Below, in pieces: positions 13,901 to 27,959 of a DNA stretch of 64,000 nt. This stretch comes from Antedon mediterranea (lineage: Eukaryota; Animalia; Echinodermata). A program made the position numbers and the translations under genes. The DNA is taken from NCBI RefSeq assembly GCF_964355755.1, contig NC_092672.1, positions 7,874,001 to 7,938,000 on the forward strand, in the 5' to 3' direction. The number at the start of each line of letters is the position of its first letter. Within the stretch, counting starts at the first letter, position 1. A model generated the notes under the pieces. That model did no database searches and was not told the origin of the DNA. It worked only from the letters and a program-made list of their open reading frames with translations.

Positions 13901-16900
13901 ATGAGCGCTCACTGGCAAAAACCCAGGGCCCGGGGTTATGGGGGCCTCTGAGCAGTACCCAATGGAAACAGGCATTAAAATATGTTGAAAAAGGCTAAAA
14001 ATGTTCAAGGCTTCCAGCGTTCGAGGGCCACTTAGGGTTCCTAAATCAGGGGCCTCGGGTCTCTACGTTACTCCTCCACTGATCATCATCACATTTTACA
14101 ATCACATTGGGTTAAATGATGATTAAGCTGAATGAAATTTATGTTTGAAATTCAATAAGTCACAAGAATCAATAATTAGGATAGGCTTAAAATTCCAACC
14201 ACTGTGTGAGTTAAAACTGTTTAAACAATCCCAGCTGAGTCCACCACTTACCATACACAAATAACAAGTGTTGTAAATACTGTACTGTGGGTATACATTA
14301 TAGAAAAGGTTCAGTGGCCATGGATGGCATTAATCATTCACAATTAGAATATTAAGGAAACACCTTTCAAATTAAAAAATTATCTAAATGAGTAAGAGAA
14401 ATCTTTAAATACAGTAGAACCATTTTAAAGGAGACTCCACAAAATATCTCCTAGTGTAAATAAGCGTGTCCCCTGAATATGTGTTGGCTGTAGTGTTGAA
14501 ACATATATTTCCTCTCATTCGTTTCATGAAAGTGTCCCCTTAATAGGCGTTTCTCCTGAATAAGAGTGTCCGCTGAATAGGGGTATCCCAAAGGAGGAGT
14601 TATACTGTATTTATTGACTATTATCTCACTGATATATTGATATATCTCACTTTGGTGTGATTGGTGAATATGACCATAAACGACATAGCAATTGAAATTC
14701 ATAGTAAACCTAAACATCATTTACACATCTGTCCTTCTATATTATGAAATAAGTACAGTGCATTGATTTTATCACTGTACATCTGGGTGAAATAGAATAA
14801 TTGAGATATTTCTCCAAAAATTACAGATTGCCTTTTAATCAGAGTAGATTAGAACTAATAATAATAATTCTACTCAAGATACTATAAAACAAATTGTCTG
14901 TTGAAACTCGAAATAGTTACTTAAATGACCTATTTCAAATAATTACCTTCTTTAAATGTTTTCATTTTATTTCGAATTGATGTGAAGTGATCATCATTTA
15001 AAATACTTTCTTCTTTTTGGACTCCAGCCTCCACAAAAATTACTAAGTTTTTTTCCTATAAAGAATAAAAGTAACTGCATTTTAATTTTAAAAAAATATA
15101 TATTTAAAGAACAGATATATTTAAAGAACAGATATATTTAGTACTTGAGAAAAGATCCCTTTAACAAATAATCCTTTTTCACATCCACACAGTGCGTCCA
15201 CACTGGCGTTTTTTAATGGTGACCTGGTGTGTGTCAACTCTAGAGTTTACACACATAATGCGTCCACACTGGCGTTTTATATGGTGATCCAGTGTGTCAA
15301 CTCTCGAGTTTTGCAAAGCTGTGTGTGTGTACACTTTACATCGAAGAAAAGATTGACCTTAATTACTACTGTATTCTGCATGATTGTAAAAATTGTCAAT
15401 TAATTTTGTAGACTTTTTTTATGTTTTTAGACTGTTTTTGATTTTGGCTTTTTGTTTTCATTTTTATCATTATATATTATATTCTATGTTTATCGCTGTT
15501 GGTTTAGATCGAATGCAATAAAAATAAATTTGTTTATTTTTTACACAGTTTTATTGTAAAATGAAATGTTCTTTTCAGATTCACATACTACAGATTTATA
15601 TCATAATTCAAAGTTTTCGTACAATGTACTGTATTGTTACAAACAGGATATTACAACAGTAGGAAGTATCATCAGTAGTATAGTTATGATTCTGAATTTA
15701 TCACTTCGGCTCTATGGAAAAGGACAAGTAATAATCATAACAGTTTTGATACAATACCGTAGCTAAAATCCTGGATTATAGTAAGCGTAATAATACAAAA
15801 TAGTAAATTGTTGTGTTTCTAAATATAGTATTTAGTATTACTGTTTTTATACTATATTGTACGTCAATCCTGCTGTTGGTCTTTTGTCAATTCTCATTCT
15901 CTCTGGTTAATGTATTTCTACAATAATTGTTGAAAAAAAAAACATCAATCATCCTTACTACACCCTGGTTACACGACAATTGAAAATACTGTAGATGATC
16001 GGCTCAATACCTGTACATACTCTAACATTCTGTACACACTGTCCTTTAATTTTAAAATAGCCTAGACATACTAATATAATTAGTATTCATTTAATAGTCA
16101 CAACGATAATAGATTTAGCTCTTTTAATTCAAAGATGCTCTTCATGTGGAATACCATCCTGATGAGAGCGCATCTTGTAGTAATTTGTCAGTACAGTTTA
16201 TTTTTGTAAATTTTGTTTTTTTAAACTTTCTATCGGCCAGAGATTCCGAAATAAAAGATTGAATGAATGACTAAATTATATAAACCAATAACATTTACTG
16301 TAATGAAAAAAAAATGGAAACAAATCGTAGAAAGCGTAATGTTGGTAGAAGGAAATGAAGAATTTACGATAATTTATTTTTAAAAGTATCTCAAGTTTAA
16401 ATCTATCATCATTAGTACAAGTCAAACTTTACTCACACTCATCAAGTACAGTAACACTGTATTATAACCAACCAGGCCTAGTAACTGTAACCAGATATTT
16501 TCATATTTCTATTTAAATTATATTCTGTAAGTGAATTAATCCCTAAAGATCTTAAAGTATTGATTAATTCGTAGATAATATATGTATGTATTTTGACTTT
16601 TCATGTACCATTGATTTTACAGTAAAACCTGTATGCTATTGAATGAGACAAAAGTAATAAACATACATGTAGTACAGTTTACCCTTATTTATGTAAAAAT
16701 ATAAGTATGTACTGTTATTCAACAATACATACTAATGTGTTTGTTGGTGAATACATTTTGTGTTTTTGTCTCTCCTCAGAATTGTTGTTTATATATTTTT
16801 TCTTTCAATATTCAAATATTCAATGTTTTGTCGAAACAAATAAACTTCAATAAAAATAAAAAAGTAATGAGGTTTTAATATTATAATTGTTTATCTTGAT

Positions 16901-19900
16901 GTTAATTTTATAAATGTGTTTTGATGTACCTGTATTAAAGAATTTGAATTTTATAAAGACTACGCACAGTATTGCAAACATATTAATCAACTACTAATAG
17001 AAAATTAGCAAATTTAAAAATATGCTTTAACAATCTGATACAAAATGTACTTGGCTTAATAAACTTGTACATTACTCGGCAAGGCACTCATTATAAATTT
17101 TATAGCAAATTTTGAATGGTTAAAAGCAACGTAACAGTAAAGTCCATCTATAAATTTTTACTTTCAATTTAGTTATAGACGTAAAATGTTAAAAGTTACT
17201 ATGTAGGAAAATAATTACTGAACTTGTTAAACTAGTGAATGAAATGTTAGCAAAAACACAATTACAGTTACACTAAGGTGTTGATTGAAATCTAAAAAGA
17301 CTACTCAATTATCCGTAAATAAATTCATTTGGATCATGAATAATTATGTTCTTATAATTTTCCTTTGAATGATACAAGTTGAGAATAAATTAAACTTTAT
17401 TTTCTCTACAGTTTAGTCATGAGTAAGTGAGAAAAAAAAAACCCTGCTCCATTTGAATTGAAATGTTTCATTGAAAATTATTCAATGAAACATTTCAATA
17501 CAAAGTTTCTATTCTTCAAAGTAAAACAAAATCACACCTCAATTGATGGCTCGTACTGTAAACAATGGCTCAGTAATTCTAGGCTAAAGCTTTCCCTGAA
17601 ATATTTACTACAGGTAGGGATCTTTTCTGTAGCTTTTTCGAAGGATGCCAACAGGCAATTCAAAACAAAAATTCAATAAAAAAACCGTTCATTTTAAAAT
17701 CAATTAATAAAAACATATTAAAGTATTTAATTATCTTGACATTCTAATATGTAAATTATGACTTTATGTTTTTGTCTTTCGAAGGATGCCAACAGACAAT
17801 CCAAAACAAAAATCCAATAAAAAAACAGTTCATTTTAAAATCAATTAATGAAGACAAAGAATTTAATTATCTTGACATTCTAATATGTAAATTATGCCTT
17901 TTTAGACTATAATAATTATTATTAGCAATTTATGCATGGCAAACAACGTATGTTATTGTATGAAAATGTTTTGTTTTTCAAAATGACAATCCGTGTTGAC
18001 ACATGTCTTTAATACCGTCTGTAAACGTCATTGTCGCATATGGCCAAGTTGTCTATAGTTAGACCGGTAACTTCTTTCTCCATGGTTAGACAATCGATAG
18101 TATACCTATACCTGGGTACCGTAAACTGAAGCAGTGTTCTCCCCAGGCCTTTGAAGGGTCACGGTACCGTGACGCTTGGGTTCTCTACCGTGACGCTTTA
18201 CGGTCGGCCGTGACGCTTAAAACCTTATCCGTGACGCTTAAAAATATCAACCACAACAATCTAAAAATAGATTAACAGGCAGGTACGGTACTTTTTCTAG
18301 AGCTGAGGCGCGGCATGCATAAAGAGCCTAATGCATACGAGACACGTGACATGACCACTAGACGAAAAACAAAAGACTGCGTAACAAAGTGTTAAACAAC
18401 TGAGACTCGCTTTCACCGGCCGCCGCCGCCGAGAGATGTAAACACGTGTTTTGTTACTGCCATGTCTCTCTTTCGATCTCTAGTATTTGGCTGTTGTCTA
18501 AAGTGTAGTAACTTGTATATTGTAAATAAAGTAAATGATTGATTTTATTGTTTTTCTTGTAAAAATGTTATGTGTATTAAAAATAAATATCGATGATATT
18601 ATTATTTTCAATATCACACTGAATTAATCGACTCTATCGGTGGGATTTACTCTTTCGTTGGTAACATACGCACGTCATCGAATGATTTCTAGGCGCAATT
18701 CAATGCTAGCTGCTTTGATCGTATAATACATTCAAGAAGGCTACGATCGTTTTCCTATTTGCTAGTGCACTAAAGTCTTATTTCACTTAACTTAAGGTAC
18801 ATTTGTACATCGGTGCTAGAATGTTTTAGGCCCTACTTCGTGAGAAAGTCAAGTGACAAGGGATGTCGCATGGTATTGTGATATCAGTACTGCGATACTG
18901 TATGTCACATGGTGCTTTCACCGGCCGCCGCCGAGAGATGTAAGCACGTGTTTTGTTACTGCCATGTCTCTCTTTCGAATGTTTTCCTATTTCCTTGTGC
19001 GCTATGAAGTCTTATTTCCGGGCAACTTGAGGCGTCTTACTAATGAGTAAGCCTAGTTTTATTTCATCGGGACTTGCCCCCGATGTTTGTATTTGAACGC
19101 AAAAAATGTTTTTTTATCGCATATGTTTACCCGCCGGCGAAAAAAAAAAGTAGGCTACGATCGTTTTTAATGTTTGCTAACGCGCTATGAGGTGTCGTTT
19201 CCGGCTAACTACAGTTGCCTACTGATGAGGCATATTTTTTTTTCATATATCGCGTATACAGTATGTTTACCTGCGGAAAAGTAGGCTCAATCGGGCTGTT
19301 TGCTAGCGCGCTATGAAGTGTCCTTTCCGGCCAACTACAGAGTTGTCCTACTGATGAGTAGGCATTTTTTATTTCATCGGGGAATTCCCCTTGACGTTCG
19401 TAATGAACGCAAAAAATGTTTCTTATCGCGTATGTTTACCGGCGGAAAAAGCAGGCTACGATCGTGCGGTTTGCTAGCGCGCTATGAAGTGTCTTTCCGG
19501 CCAACTACAGAGTTGTTCTACTCATGAGTAGGCCTAGCTTTATTTCATCGGGGAATTCCCCTTGACATTCGTATTGAACGCAAAAACATTTTTTTATCGC
19601 GTATGTTTACTGGCGGAAAAAGTATGCTACGATGGTTTTACTGTTTGCTAGTGCGCTATAAAGTTTCGTTTCCGGCCAACTAGAGTTGTCCTACTGATGA
19701 GTAGGCTAATAGATTAGGCCTATTTTTTTCATTGGGGCTTCCCCCTGACGTTCGTAATGAACGCAAAAAATGTTTCTTCGCGTATGTTTACCGGCGGAAA
19801 AAGTTGGCTACGATCGTTTTGTTGTTTGCTAGCGTGCTATAAGTGTTATTTCCGGCCAAACCAGAGGTGTCATTCAACATAAATGTTATGTGCGAGAGTA

Positions 19901-22900
19901 CCATTTCCGGCCCCAGGGGGGGGGGGAAGCGTGACGCTTGATGTGAATCCTGGGGAGAACACTGCTGAAGGGTTAAAACTTAAAACCTAATTATACAAAT
20001 AGTCTTATTTTGAATGTTCAAAGGTTTTGTTTAGTGATAGTGGGATATTTTTAAATATTTTTTTTCAGCATTTACCTTAGATAAGAAAGTGACAAGAGCC
20101 TTAAATGGTTCTATTACGCTCTCGTCATAGATCTTCTTGATAACCAGTACTGAGAGAGCATTCACTTTCCATGTAAGTAACTGACTTGATGGGTCTGTCA
20201 CATGCCTAAAAATTATCAAATAATGCATTGAAAATAAACCAGAAAAATAAACCAATATATTACTTGTTTCTGGTGGCTGAAAGACCAACATTTTCATTCT
20301 ATCACACCGTTCAGACTTTGGTCCATATTTGGGTGGGTATTACAGTGGTGGCTTTTTTATACAATCCTTTGGAACATATTGGGCACTATCCTGTGATTCA
20401 AACAAATGTACAGTACTACTAAATGCTTTAACACTACGGCCAACCCATATTGAGGGGGTACTCCTCTTAATGGGGTACTCCTCTTAATGGGGTACTCCTC
20501 TAATAATGGGGTACTCCTCTTAATGGGGTACTCCTCTAATAATGGGGTACTCCTCTAATAATGGGGTACTCCTCTTAATGGGGTACTCCTCTTAATGGGG
20601 TACTCCTCTAATAATGGGGTACTCCTCTTAATGGGGTACTCCTCTTAATGGGGTACTCCTCTTAATGGGGTACTCCTCTTAATGGGATACTCCTCTAATA
20701 ATGGGGTACTCCTCTTAATGGGGTACTCCTCTTAATGGGGTACTCCTCTTAATGGGGTACTCCTCTTAATGGGGTACTCCTCTTAATGGGGTACTCCTCT
20801 TAATGGGGTACTCCTCTAATAATGGGGTACTCCTCTTAATGGGGTACTCCTCTTAATGTGGCACTTTGTTGGGTCCTGAATGTGTTCAATTTAATAGAGT
20901 TTTGACTGTAGAATAACAATAGATAATTCGTTTTTTTTTACAAGGATTATGTAGTAGTAGTATATTAAACAATTAAACAAATGATTTTTAATAATTTAAA
21001 AAACTTACATTATTTGTGAGGCTGGAACTTTTTTAAGACATGCTTTTGGTCCAAATGTCGTTGACGGTGTAGGCGCATAGATGGAACGTCCTCTCCTACA
21101 AAAAAACAAAATAAAGAATTGTTTTATTTTACAACGAAAGAAAAAAAAAAGAAAAATCTGAAATATTAACCAAAATTGTCTTAATAATTGAAATACTGTA
21201 AAAGAATGTTAAAACATACATACACAATAAAAACATCTTAATTTTTACCAGATCTGATTTCTTGTTTTTATTTCCTTCTCTTTCGATATCTGTGGGTGTC
21301 TAAATATGTTTGACAACCACAATTTAGGAATGTAATTTTGTGTTCATTGTGCTTTGTCACCTGTTGTTCTTTCACAAGCACTAATTATGCATGCAAAATA
21401 AAACTCCGCCCCCAGCCAAACTTTAATAATTGGATTGGCTAAGCCTTTACAATGTTATGCAAATTGAAGCCCTGCCCTAGCCTAACAGTCAATGTCGTTA
21501 TAATGTTATGCAAATTGAAGCCCCACCCTAGCCTTAAATTTGTTTTATTTGACTGGCAAAACCTTTTCATTGTTATGCATGGGCAATGGATTTGGTGAAT
21601 TATGGAATGAACAATTCCTATAATACAATTTAAACCTACTGTAACTAATACAGAGCTGTGAGAACACAATCAAATGCAAATTTGTCTTGAATAAAATGAT
21701 CTAAATACAGTAGTTTTTTAAATAATTTATAAGAATTAGTATTGCTAGTAGTGTATCCTTTTTCTCCACCAGTTAATTTTGAATACAAAATTCTGCATAC
21801 TGTATATCTTTTTAGTATTCGGTTTGCATACACATTTTTCAACATACCAAAAAAGGAAATTCATTCATTTTATTTTTGTACAAGAGGCAAGAGTTAATTT
21901 GTGATTTGTAAATTTAAAATTATTTAATGTACAGGTTTTTTTATACGAGTAGGAGAATTTTACAGTAGGTGGAGGTATGCACTCTCGGAGTGCCGTTCTA
22001 GTTTAAACTGAATTCAGTAAAATAAATAAAATGAGAAAAAATGGAATGGAGAGGGAAAAGATGAAGCACATACATTTCTGTTCTCTCTCACTGAAAGGCA
22101 ATGCTTGTTTGGAACCAGTCACTGTCTCAATAATTATGGTTAACAAAATAAGTAATAAGTAGCAATATGGTTATTTAATGCTTAAATGGTACATTTCTTC
22201 CAGTTGGTACTAACCTTGTACATGCCTACAGCACTGTAGGAAACATTGCAATGAATTATTTAAAAAGGCTTTTGCTTGCAACAAATGCTAAAGTTACATA
22301 CCTTAGTTTAAAACTACTGACATCCCGATGTCTAATAGCAGATCCAGACATATTAACAATAACGTACAACCACTACCAACTGTCGGTAAAATAAATATTA
22401 ATAACGATATACTTCAGAAGGTAATAAGAATAGCCTCTGGTTTTGATAGTTTTAATAAATGCCTACTGCACTGGAATAATCGAGCTATCTGTGATTTTAT
22501 CGCCTGAATAACTTGAGAATGTTAAGAGATCCACTGTTGGAACAGGAAAGAGCCAATACATAATCCAATGACACCACACAAATTCCCTAAACAATAGCAG
22601 AAATTTTAGGTAAAGTTTTCCTCTTCGCCCTCAACCAAAAGTTATTAACAGTTTCACCACGGCCTGGTATTATTATGTGCTATTGTGACACGTCAAGGGG
22701 TGTTGACAATGCTGAATAGCCTATTGTTTTTTTGTTAACGCATCGTTGAATAAGTGTCAAACAGAAGTTCAGCACAGGCAATTGTTAAATTTAGCTGAAT
22801 CATCATATTATTAAACTTGTTTCATGCTACTATTGGCCTTGCTTTACCACCAGGATGTAATCAACTATAAACACTGTCATTGTTATTATCAACATACAGT

Positions 22901-25900
22901 AGGTAAATATATGCTTTATTACTGTACTGTTTGGATAGTACTGTATACCTCCCTGTAAACTATCAAAAGGGACTCTAGCCATAGAAATAGATTAGGTTAT
23001 ATAATATGATAATTTAGCTACAGAATGATTCTAAAAAGACATTTTGGCACACATGGCGTATAATAACTAGACATGAGCTGACATTTAATTTTGAAAAACA
23101 AATCAGAAAGCCTGCTGATGGCACTACAAAAAAACAATATCTATAGACAATTGCAGCAAGCCTACTGAAACATAGATCTAACAGGCATACACAGATACAA
23201 CTATGGGTCACTGAAAATTAAATTAATAATACTAATAATTTATTTGGATGCTACACTTTTGAAACAGTGGCACACTTCTTGAGTGAAGGTACGTACGTCC
23301 AGAGTAAGTAATATAAAAGTTAGAGGACAAAAAATGATTTAACAATACAGTAGGCCTATTTACAGTACAAGGAAATTTAAACTAAATTATGTACAACAAG
23401 ATATCAAAAATAACATTAACAATAAGTAATACTTTGAAACAGTGGCACACTTGTTGAATGAATGTGCGTCTATAGTACAGTAAGTAAAATAAAATTTAGG
23501 AGAAAAAAAAATTATTTAACAATAGGCCTATTTATAAGGAAACTTGAAATAAATTATGTACAAGGATATTAAAAAAATAACATTTTAACAAAAGTAATAC
23601 ATTATTTAAAAAGCAAAGAACTAATCATTTTCATTGTTGATTTCCTTTCTCTTTTTCCATGCCCGTTTGGTGAAACTTTTACAAAATCTATCGAATGCAA
23701 CTTCAATATTTATAGGAAGATCAGGTACAGGTGAACCAAGAACATACATTAATTTTTGATCTGTTGTTCCATTATTAAATTGGTTCCAAACATCAATTGC
23801 ATTCGATAGATTTTGCTCGATTATTGCCAATTCCTCCAGTCCAATATTCTGGAATTTAAACTGGAATTATATTAAAATGATGGTGCTAGTCTCTTGTATT
23901 TCAACTTCAATCTCAAATGTTGGTTTATCCATCTGCAATTGGCACAAAATAGGCTGTTAAAAAAGTACAGTATTTTTTTGCACTAAATTTGTGGGGTTTT
24001 TTTTAACCATATATTTTAATATATATATATATAATAATAACTAATTTTATTAAAATACAGTACTTTTATTATTAATTATTGAGGAAATAAAATAAAAAAG
24101 AGAGTACTATACAGCTATAGGTTTATCTATACAGTTGGCAAAAAATAGATTGTAGCATTGTAAATTAATTAATAAGTAATTGTTTGAAGTGAATTTGACG
24201 GTACCATTATTTGATAAGGGTGCCCTACTGTTTTCTTCTTTTCAGAAACAGGCTATTATTGGTTTATCCAGGTAAGCTAGGCACAAATAGACTTGTTTTA
24301 ATACCAAGACAGTACCACACTCTATTTAATAGCTTAGACTAGAGCTTAGACTTTTATTATAAAATACATACTTATTATAATATAATAAGTATATTGAAAT
24401 ATTATATTGAATGAAAGAAATAATAATAATAACGTAACAATGGTACAGTATATAGTAGTTAATTGTTATTGTCCTTTACACAATAGTTACTTAAAAGTAC
24501 AATACCAGCTGAATTGATAACTGTATCTATTTTAAGTCTCTAAAATATGGTTTTACATCAATGAATTAATTATATTAAAATAAGAAATGTTACGCTAGTC
24601 TTCACTGATAGTACTTAATAATAATTAATATCCATGATCCATTAGCAAATAATTGACTTGGATAATTTCAGTACAACTAAAAAATGTAAAAATAGCAGAA
24701 TTAATTGACCAACTGGCGTGGGATAAGGCAGAGCGTATTCTGGTATTGACATAATACTAGAAGAGCCAGGACTAGAACCAAGAATTTAGGATTACAAGCA
24801 AACCTCCTCTCTATTGGCCTTCACTAAAAATCACAGGGTTATACAGTAGTGACTGACAGTACACTAATCATTTTTAACAGTATTCTTTTTTTTTTACTAC
24901 TGTAAATGCATCAATTTTCAATGGACAAAAATTTAACAAAATAATTTAAAACAAATAAACAGGAGAAATATGCCGAATGCTTTGTAATATGCAACAAACT
25001 TAAAAAGTTTGGAGAAACTCTCTTCATATTCAGTCAAAGCTGAACTGGATTTAATTTTCTTTTCTACTGAAACATAATCGATAAATTACTTACCCTTCAT
25101 CAATTTGAATTGAACAATCCATAACAAAATATTTATTTCCCATCTGCATCAATTATTACATAAATCTTTATCGGTATCTCTATAATAAGTACAACTATGT
25201 TTAATCATATCCTATACTTCTTGATTTGATCAACAAAATCAATTTACCATCAATCAGCAACAAGCATTTGTTGAATTTTCAACAAAATCTCTGTACTAAC
25301 GTTAGTAGTAAAGTACCATGCATACACCGGTTATGATAAACTCAGAAGCAATTGAATATAATTCATTATCGACAGTACTGTAGAATGTTTTACAAAAACT
25401 CGCCGAGTGTAAATTCGCCAAAGTTAAACCAGGAATTAAACGGACAGTGCAACAGATCTTCTATGTCTCTATAAGGAAATTACAAAAATTCAAAAAACAT
25501 ATCCTTTCCAAAATTCAGTGTAGGATGGCTCGACAGAAATAAGCAGAATTACTGTCAACAGATATTTGATACAGTTTGTTTGACTGACTGACAATTGATT
25601 GTAAAACGGTACTGCGGCATGATCAACTAGCGTTCTTGCGCTCAAAAGAACATTCATAAAAGCATTGATGAAGAAGGCCTACTACTAGTGGTAACAGTAG
25701 AATGGTTCCAACACATGACTATACTTCGGATATCCACACAGCTTAACAATCAAGAAGTAGTAATTTTGGTTCATCAAAATTCAAAAAGCACTATCAGTAT
25801 CAGTACCAGCGAATTGTATAATTATTAACTCGGCTAAACTGGTCACCAAAAATGTACAGCTCGATTAGTAAACATATTATGCTGATAAACGGTGTGGTAA

Positions 25901-27090
25901 GAGTGGAATGATTACTCTCCAATAAAATCATTATTTGCCTAATGATAAATGCCACTAATTTGATTCTTTGAACTACGGTTTAAAAATAGGTAAAATGACT
26001 TGCTGGTAAAAACCTACTGTTCCATGGCGTACATTTCATTTAGGTCAGGTGATTGGAATTGCAAACTACTGTAACTAATAATAATATAATCAAAAGATAT
26101 TTTAATCCTCAGTGCAGTACAGTATAGACAGTAGGCAAAATTAACTTCTGATTTGGTCTCAATACAAAACAATTGGTTAAAAAAAATATGATCTTTCCCA
26201 TAGTGTACTAATACTATTAAATGTAACCCTTGTATGCCCTAGCACTTTTTTTTTATAACAATTAGTTGCTGGGTGTTGTGCTTAGGTACTTTAGAAATGA
26301 GGGTTAAGAGTATAATATGCATATTAAAATGCAGTACAGTATGTACTGTACTAGAGTTCTAGAACTGTTGAATATCCACGCACAAATTATTGAATTAACA
26401 TCAATGTTTACACAATTTCAGGTTATCGATTATAAAATAGAGGGCAGTGTATAAAATACTTTATTCATCATTATACACTTTTGAACAGAAACACCACTTT
26501 TCGGTAATTCTCAAAACTAACAAACACCCAGTGAGAACCTTATTCAAATTTAAACCATTTATCACATAATCATTTGCTGTGTCAACCCTTAAACTAACTT
26601 GAACCCTTCATAATATAGTGCCTTCATTGTACAGTACTTTTTAATAATTCAATTTTAGAGCGCCCTCAATTAATAATTATAGTGATCAGCTGTTTTTTAC
26701 CCTTTTTTTTTTATAAAATAAATCAAATTAAATAAATCGTAAATCATTTAAATGTGAATTATCAACAATTATTTTATTATTGCAATCAGCATAATTTCAC
26801 AACCGAAATCATTCTAATAATTAGATGCACAGGACTTAAAAAAAGATTGTTTTAAGCTAGGCCTAGGTAGCCTACGTGTTGGCGATGATTCAAATCGTCC
26901 ACCGCCTAACCTACCGGATAACTCGGCGAGGTCCAAGCATCATCTGGCCAACGCTACGTCTCCTACAGCAGTCTGTATTGGATTCTAATGAACTAGGACG
27001 AAAATCATCACAATCTAAAGAAACATTTCCTTCCTCCACTAAACTCATTCCCCGTTCGTATATTCGGGGAAAATCGCCATTTTCATCCAT
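7906..27090 (-). CDS. NADK: NAD kinase (cytosolic NADK), 452 aa, 11 coding exons
   Basis: Exons 5'->3': 27090-26915, 21095-21009, 20205-20076, 15055-14947, 12973-12888, 12158-12056, 11656-11505, 10654-10555, 9634-9477, 8642-8560, 8080-7906. All GT-AG and phase-consistent (1359 nt). Motifs: [17 protein letters not shown] (GGDG), [66 protein letters not shown]. The first-exon choice is less certain than the rest. Confidence 0.97.
8738..8875. mobile_element. PIF/Harbinger-type MITE family B (TIR AGCTCTGTCTACACTATCAAAC)
   Basis: Inverted ends with TAA TSD. Further copies at 12727-12876, 41658-41784, about 41890-41955 (partial) and 55117-55267 (TTA TSD). Confidence 0.85.
9765..10217. repeat. Local ~190-bp tandem duplication ending in a PIF/Harbinger family A MITE (10072-10217)
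   Basis: 9765-9945 is nearly identical to 9945-10135. The MITE has ends A(A/G)CTTGGTTCCCACT ... GGGAACCAAGCT. Confidence 0.7.
10755..10940. mobile_element. MITE with TIR CAAGG(C/T)AATCTAA, second copy
   Basis: Reverse-complement match to 4906-5131, including the internal CTTGTCAAGATAGGAACTCGTAACAGTCCTTTGATCTTATGTCTGG. Confidence 0.7.
12321..12457 (+). pseudogene. 5'-truncated processed pseudogene fragment of eIF2A (C-terminal coiled coil), antisense in an NADK intron
   Basis: Translates as [17 protein letters not shown]-[1-nt frameshift][27 protein letters not shown]. This closely resembles the eIF2A C-terminus (human LKKKLKAIEQLKEQAATGKQLEKNQLEKIQKETALLQELEDLEL, from memory). No intron and no upstream ORF. 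Confidence 0.65.
12727..12876. mobile_element. PIF/Harbinger-type MITE family B
   Basis: AGCTCTGTCTACACTATCAAAC ... GTTTGATAGGTGTAGACAGAGCT followed by TAA. Confidence 0.8.
13364..13460. repeat. 14-bp minisatellite (AAGAGGTATAGTGT)n, about 6-7 copies
   Basis: Directly visible tandem array. Confidence 0.9.
13893..14081. mobile_element. hAT-type MITE with 8-bp TSD
   Basis: CAGTGG ... CCACTG ends flanked by ATCATCAT on both sides (13885-13892, 14082-14089). Confidence 0.6.
14412..14607. mobile_element. Tc1/mariner-type MITE (TA TSD)
   Basis: TA-CAGTAGAAC ... GTTATACTG-TA ends with internal GTGTCCCC repeats. Confidence 0.6.
18132..19964. mobile_element. Non-autonomous hAT-like DNA transposon with 6-bp TSD and internal ~180-bp tandem repeats
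   Basis: Perfect 16-bp TIR CAGTGTTCTCCCCAGG / CCTGGGGAGAACACTG. TSD CTGAAG at 18126-18131 and 19965-19970. Subterminal CGTGACGCTT repeats at both ends; about 5 diverged ~180-bp repeats at 18960-19870. No transposase ORF. Confidence 0.85.
20452..20858. repeat. 17/19-bp minisatellite (ATGGGGTACTCCTCTTA / AATGGGGTACTCCTCTAAT) inside a Tc1-like MITE (20437-20908)
   Basis: About 23 near-identical units of two lengths; flanks resemble the MITEs at 5646 and 14412. Confidence 0.9.
23621..23955 (-). mobile_element. Decayed 3' end of a LINE ORF2
   Basis: Frameshifted remains of a CCHC-like knuckle (CQL.. ET.. HHF) followed by ..[25 protein letters not shown], which resembles non-LTR retrotransposon ORF2 C-termini. 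Pattern recognition only. Confidence 0.4.
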
Positions 27091-27959
27091 ATTCTGGTGT
27101 TTTACGAGAAGTTTCAATTGCGGTTTGCTGCAGCACGTCGCTGAGAGTGAGGCATACATATATTGTATTTGTCTTGAGGTATTGCCTGTTAAAGAATAGC
27201 ACGGGCTATTCCATTTTACTGTGGGTAATTGCGGTCAAATTTATAATAAATATTGAAAAACTGCAGGTATATACAAACGATTTCCTGATTGCTGCCCTCT
27301 ATATATTTTATTCCGTGGATTTTTAACTGTATTCAATAGATACTATTTGCTGTATATTGTAGAAACCTACTGTAAAGTTTGTTTTCTTTTCTCTCTCGTG
27401 TTTTCTTTCACATTTCTACTTTATAAATTACGGTGTATTTTTGTAGTATGATTTAAGGTTTTATTTCAATTGCCGTATACAAGAAATAACACGAGGTCAA
27501 AATATGGAGATATAAATTCAAAATGATCAAGGCAATTTTCCATCGACGGTATTAAAAAGAAAATACCCGGCACGGGTCATACTATACTAGATAATTTTTT
27601 TAAAGCATACCATGGCACAGGCGTACATGCATAGGCTATAAAAGTGTTTAAATTTCATATAAATATTATTTTGATGATTTGCATCTCTAAGTATGATTAT
27701 TAAGAAAATCGGTTTTAATTCAATTTAAGTTTCATCTTACTCAATGACAGATTCATCTTTTTAACATGCTCTTTTTACTGCTCTAATTTTGTTCCAATAT
27801 AACAAACCTAAAATTAAACATAAACAAAGTCCCAAGTTAAATATGCAATTTTTGTTATTTTTAAAGCGAGTTTGTTTTGTTGTACTTATTTTAATACATA
27901 CAATTAAATACTTAAAAGTATTTAATTGTTGTAATAACAGCCAATTTAACGATGACCAC

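Noticed and set aside
22074-22090. 17-nt NADK micro-exon with good splice sites
   Set aside because: It is not frame-preserving with the flanking phase-2 junctions.
27091-27159. Upstream ATG (MYASLSATCC..) as the NADK start
   Set aside because: It lies inside the TGCTGCAG repeat terminus; the ATG at 27090 gives a typical NADK length.
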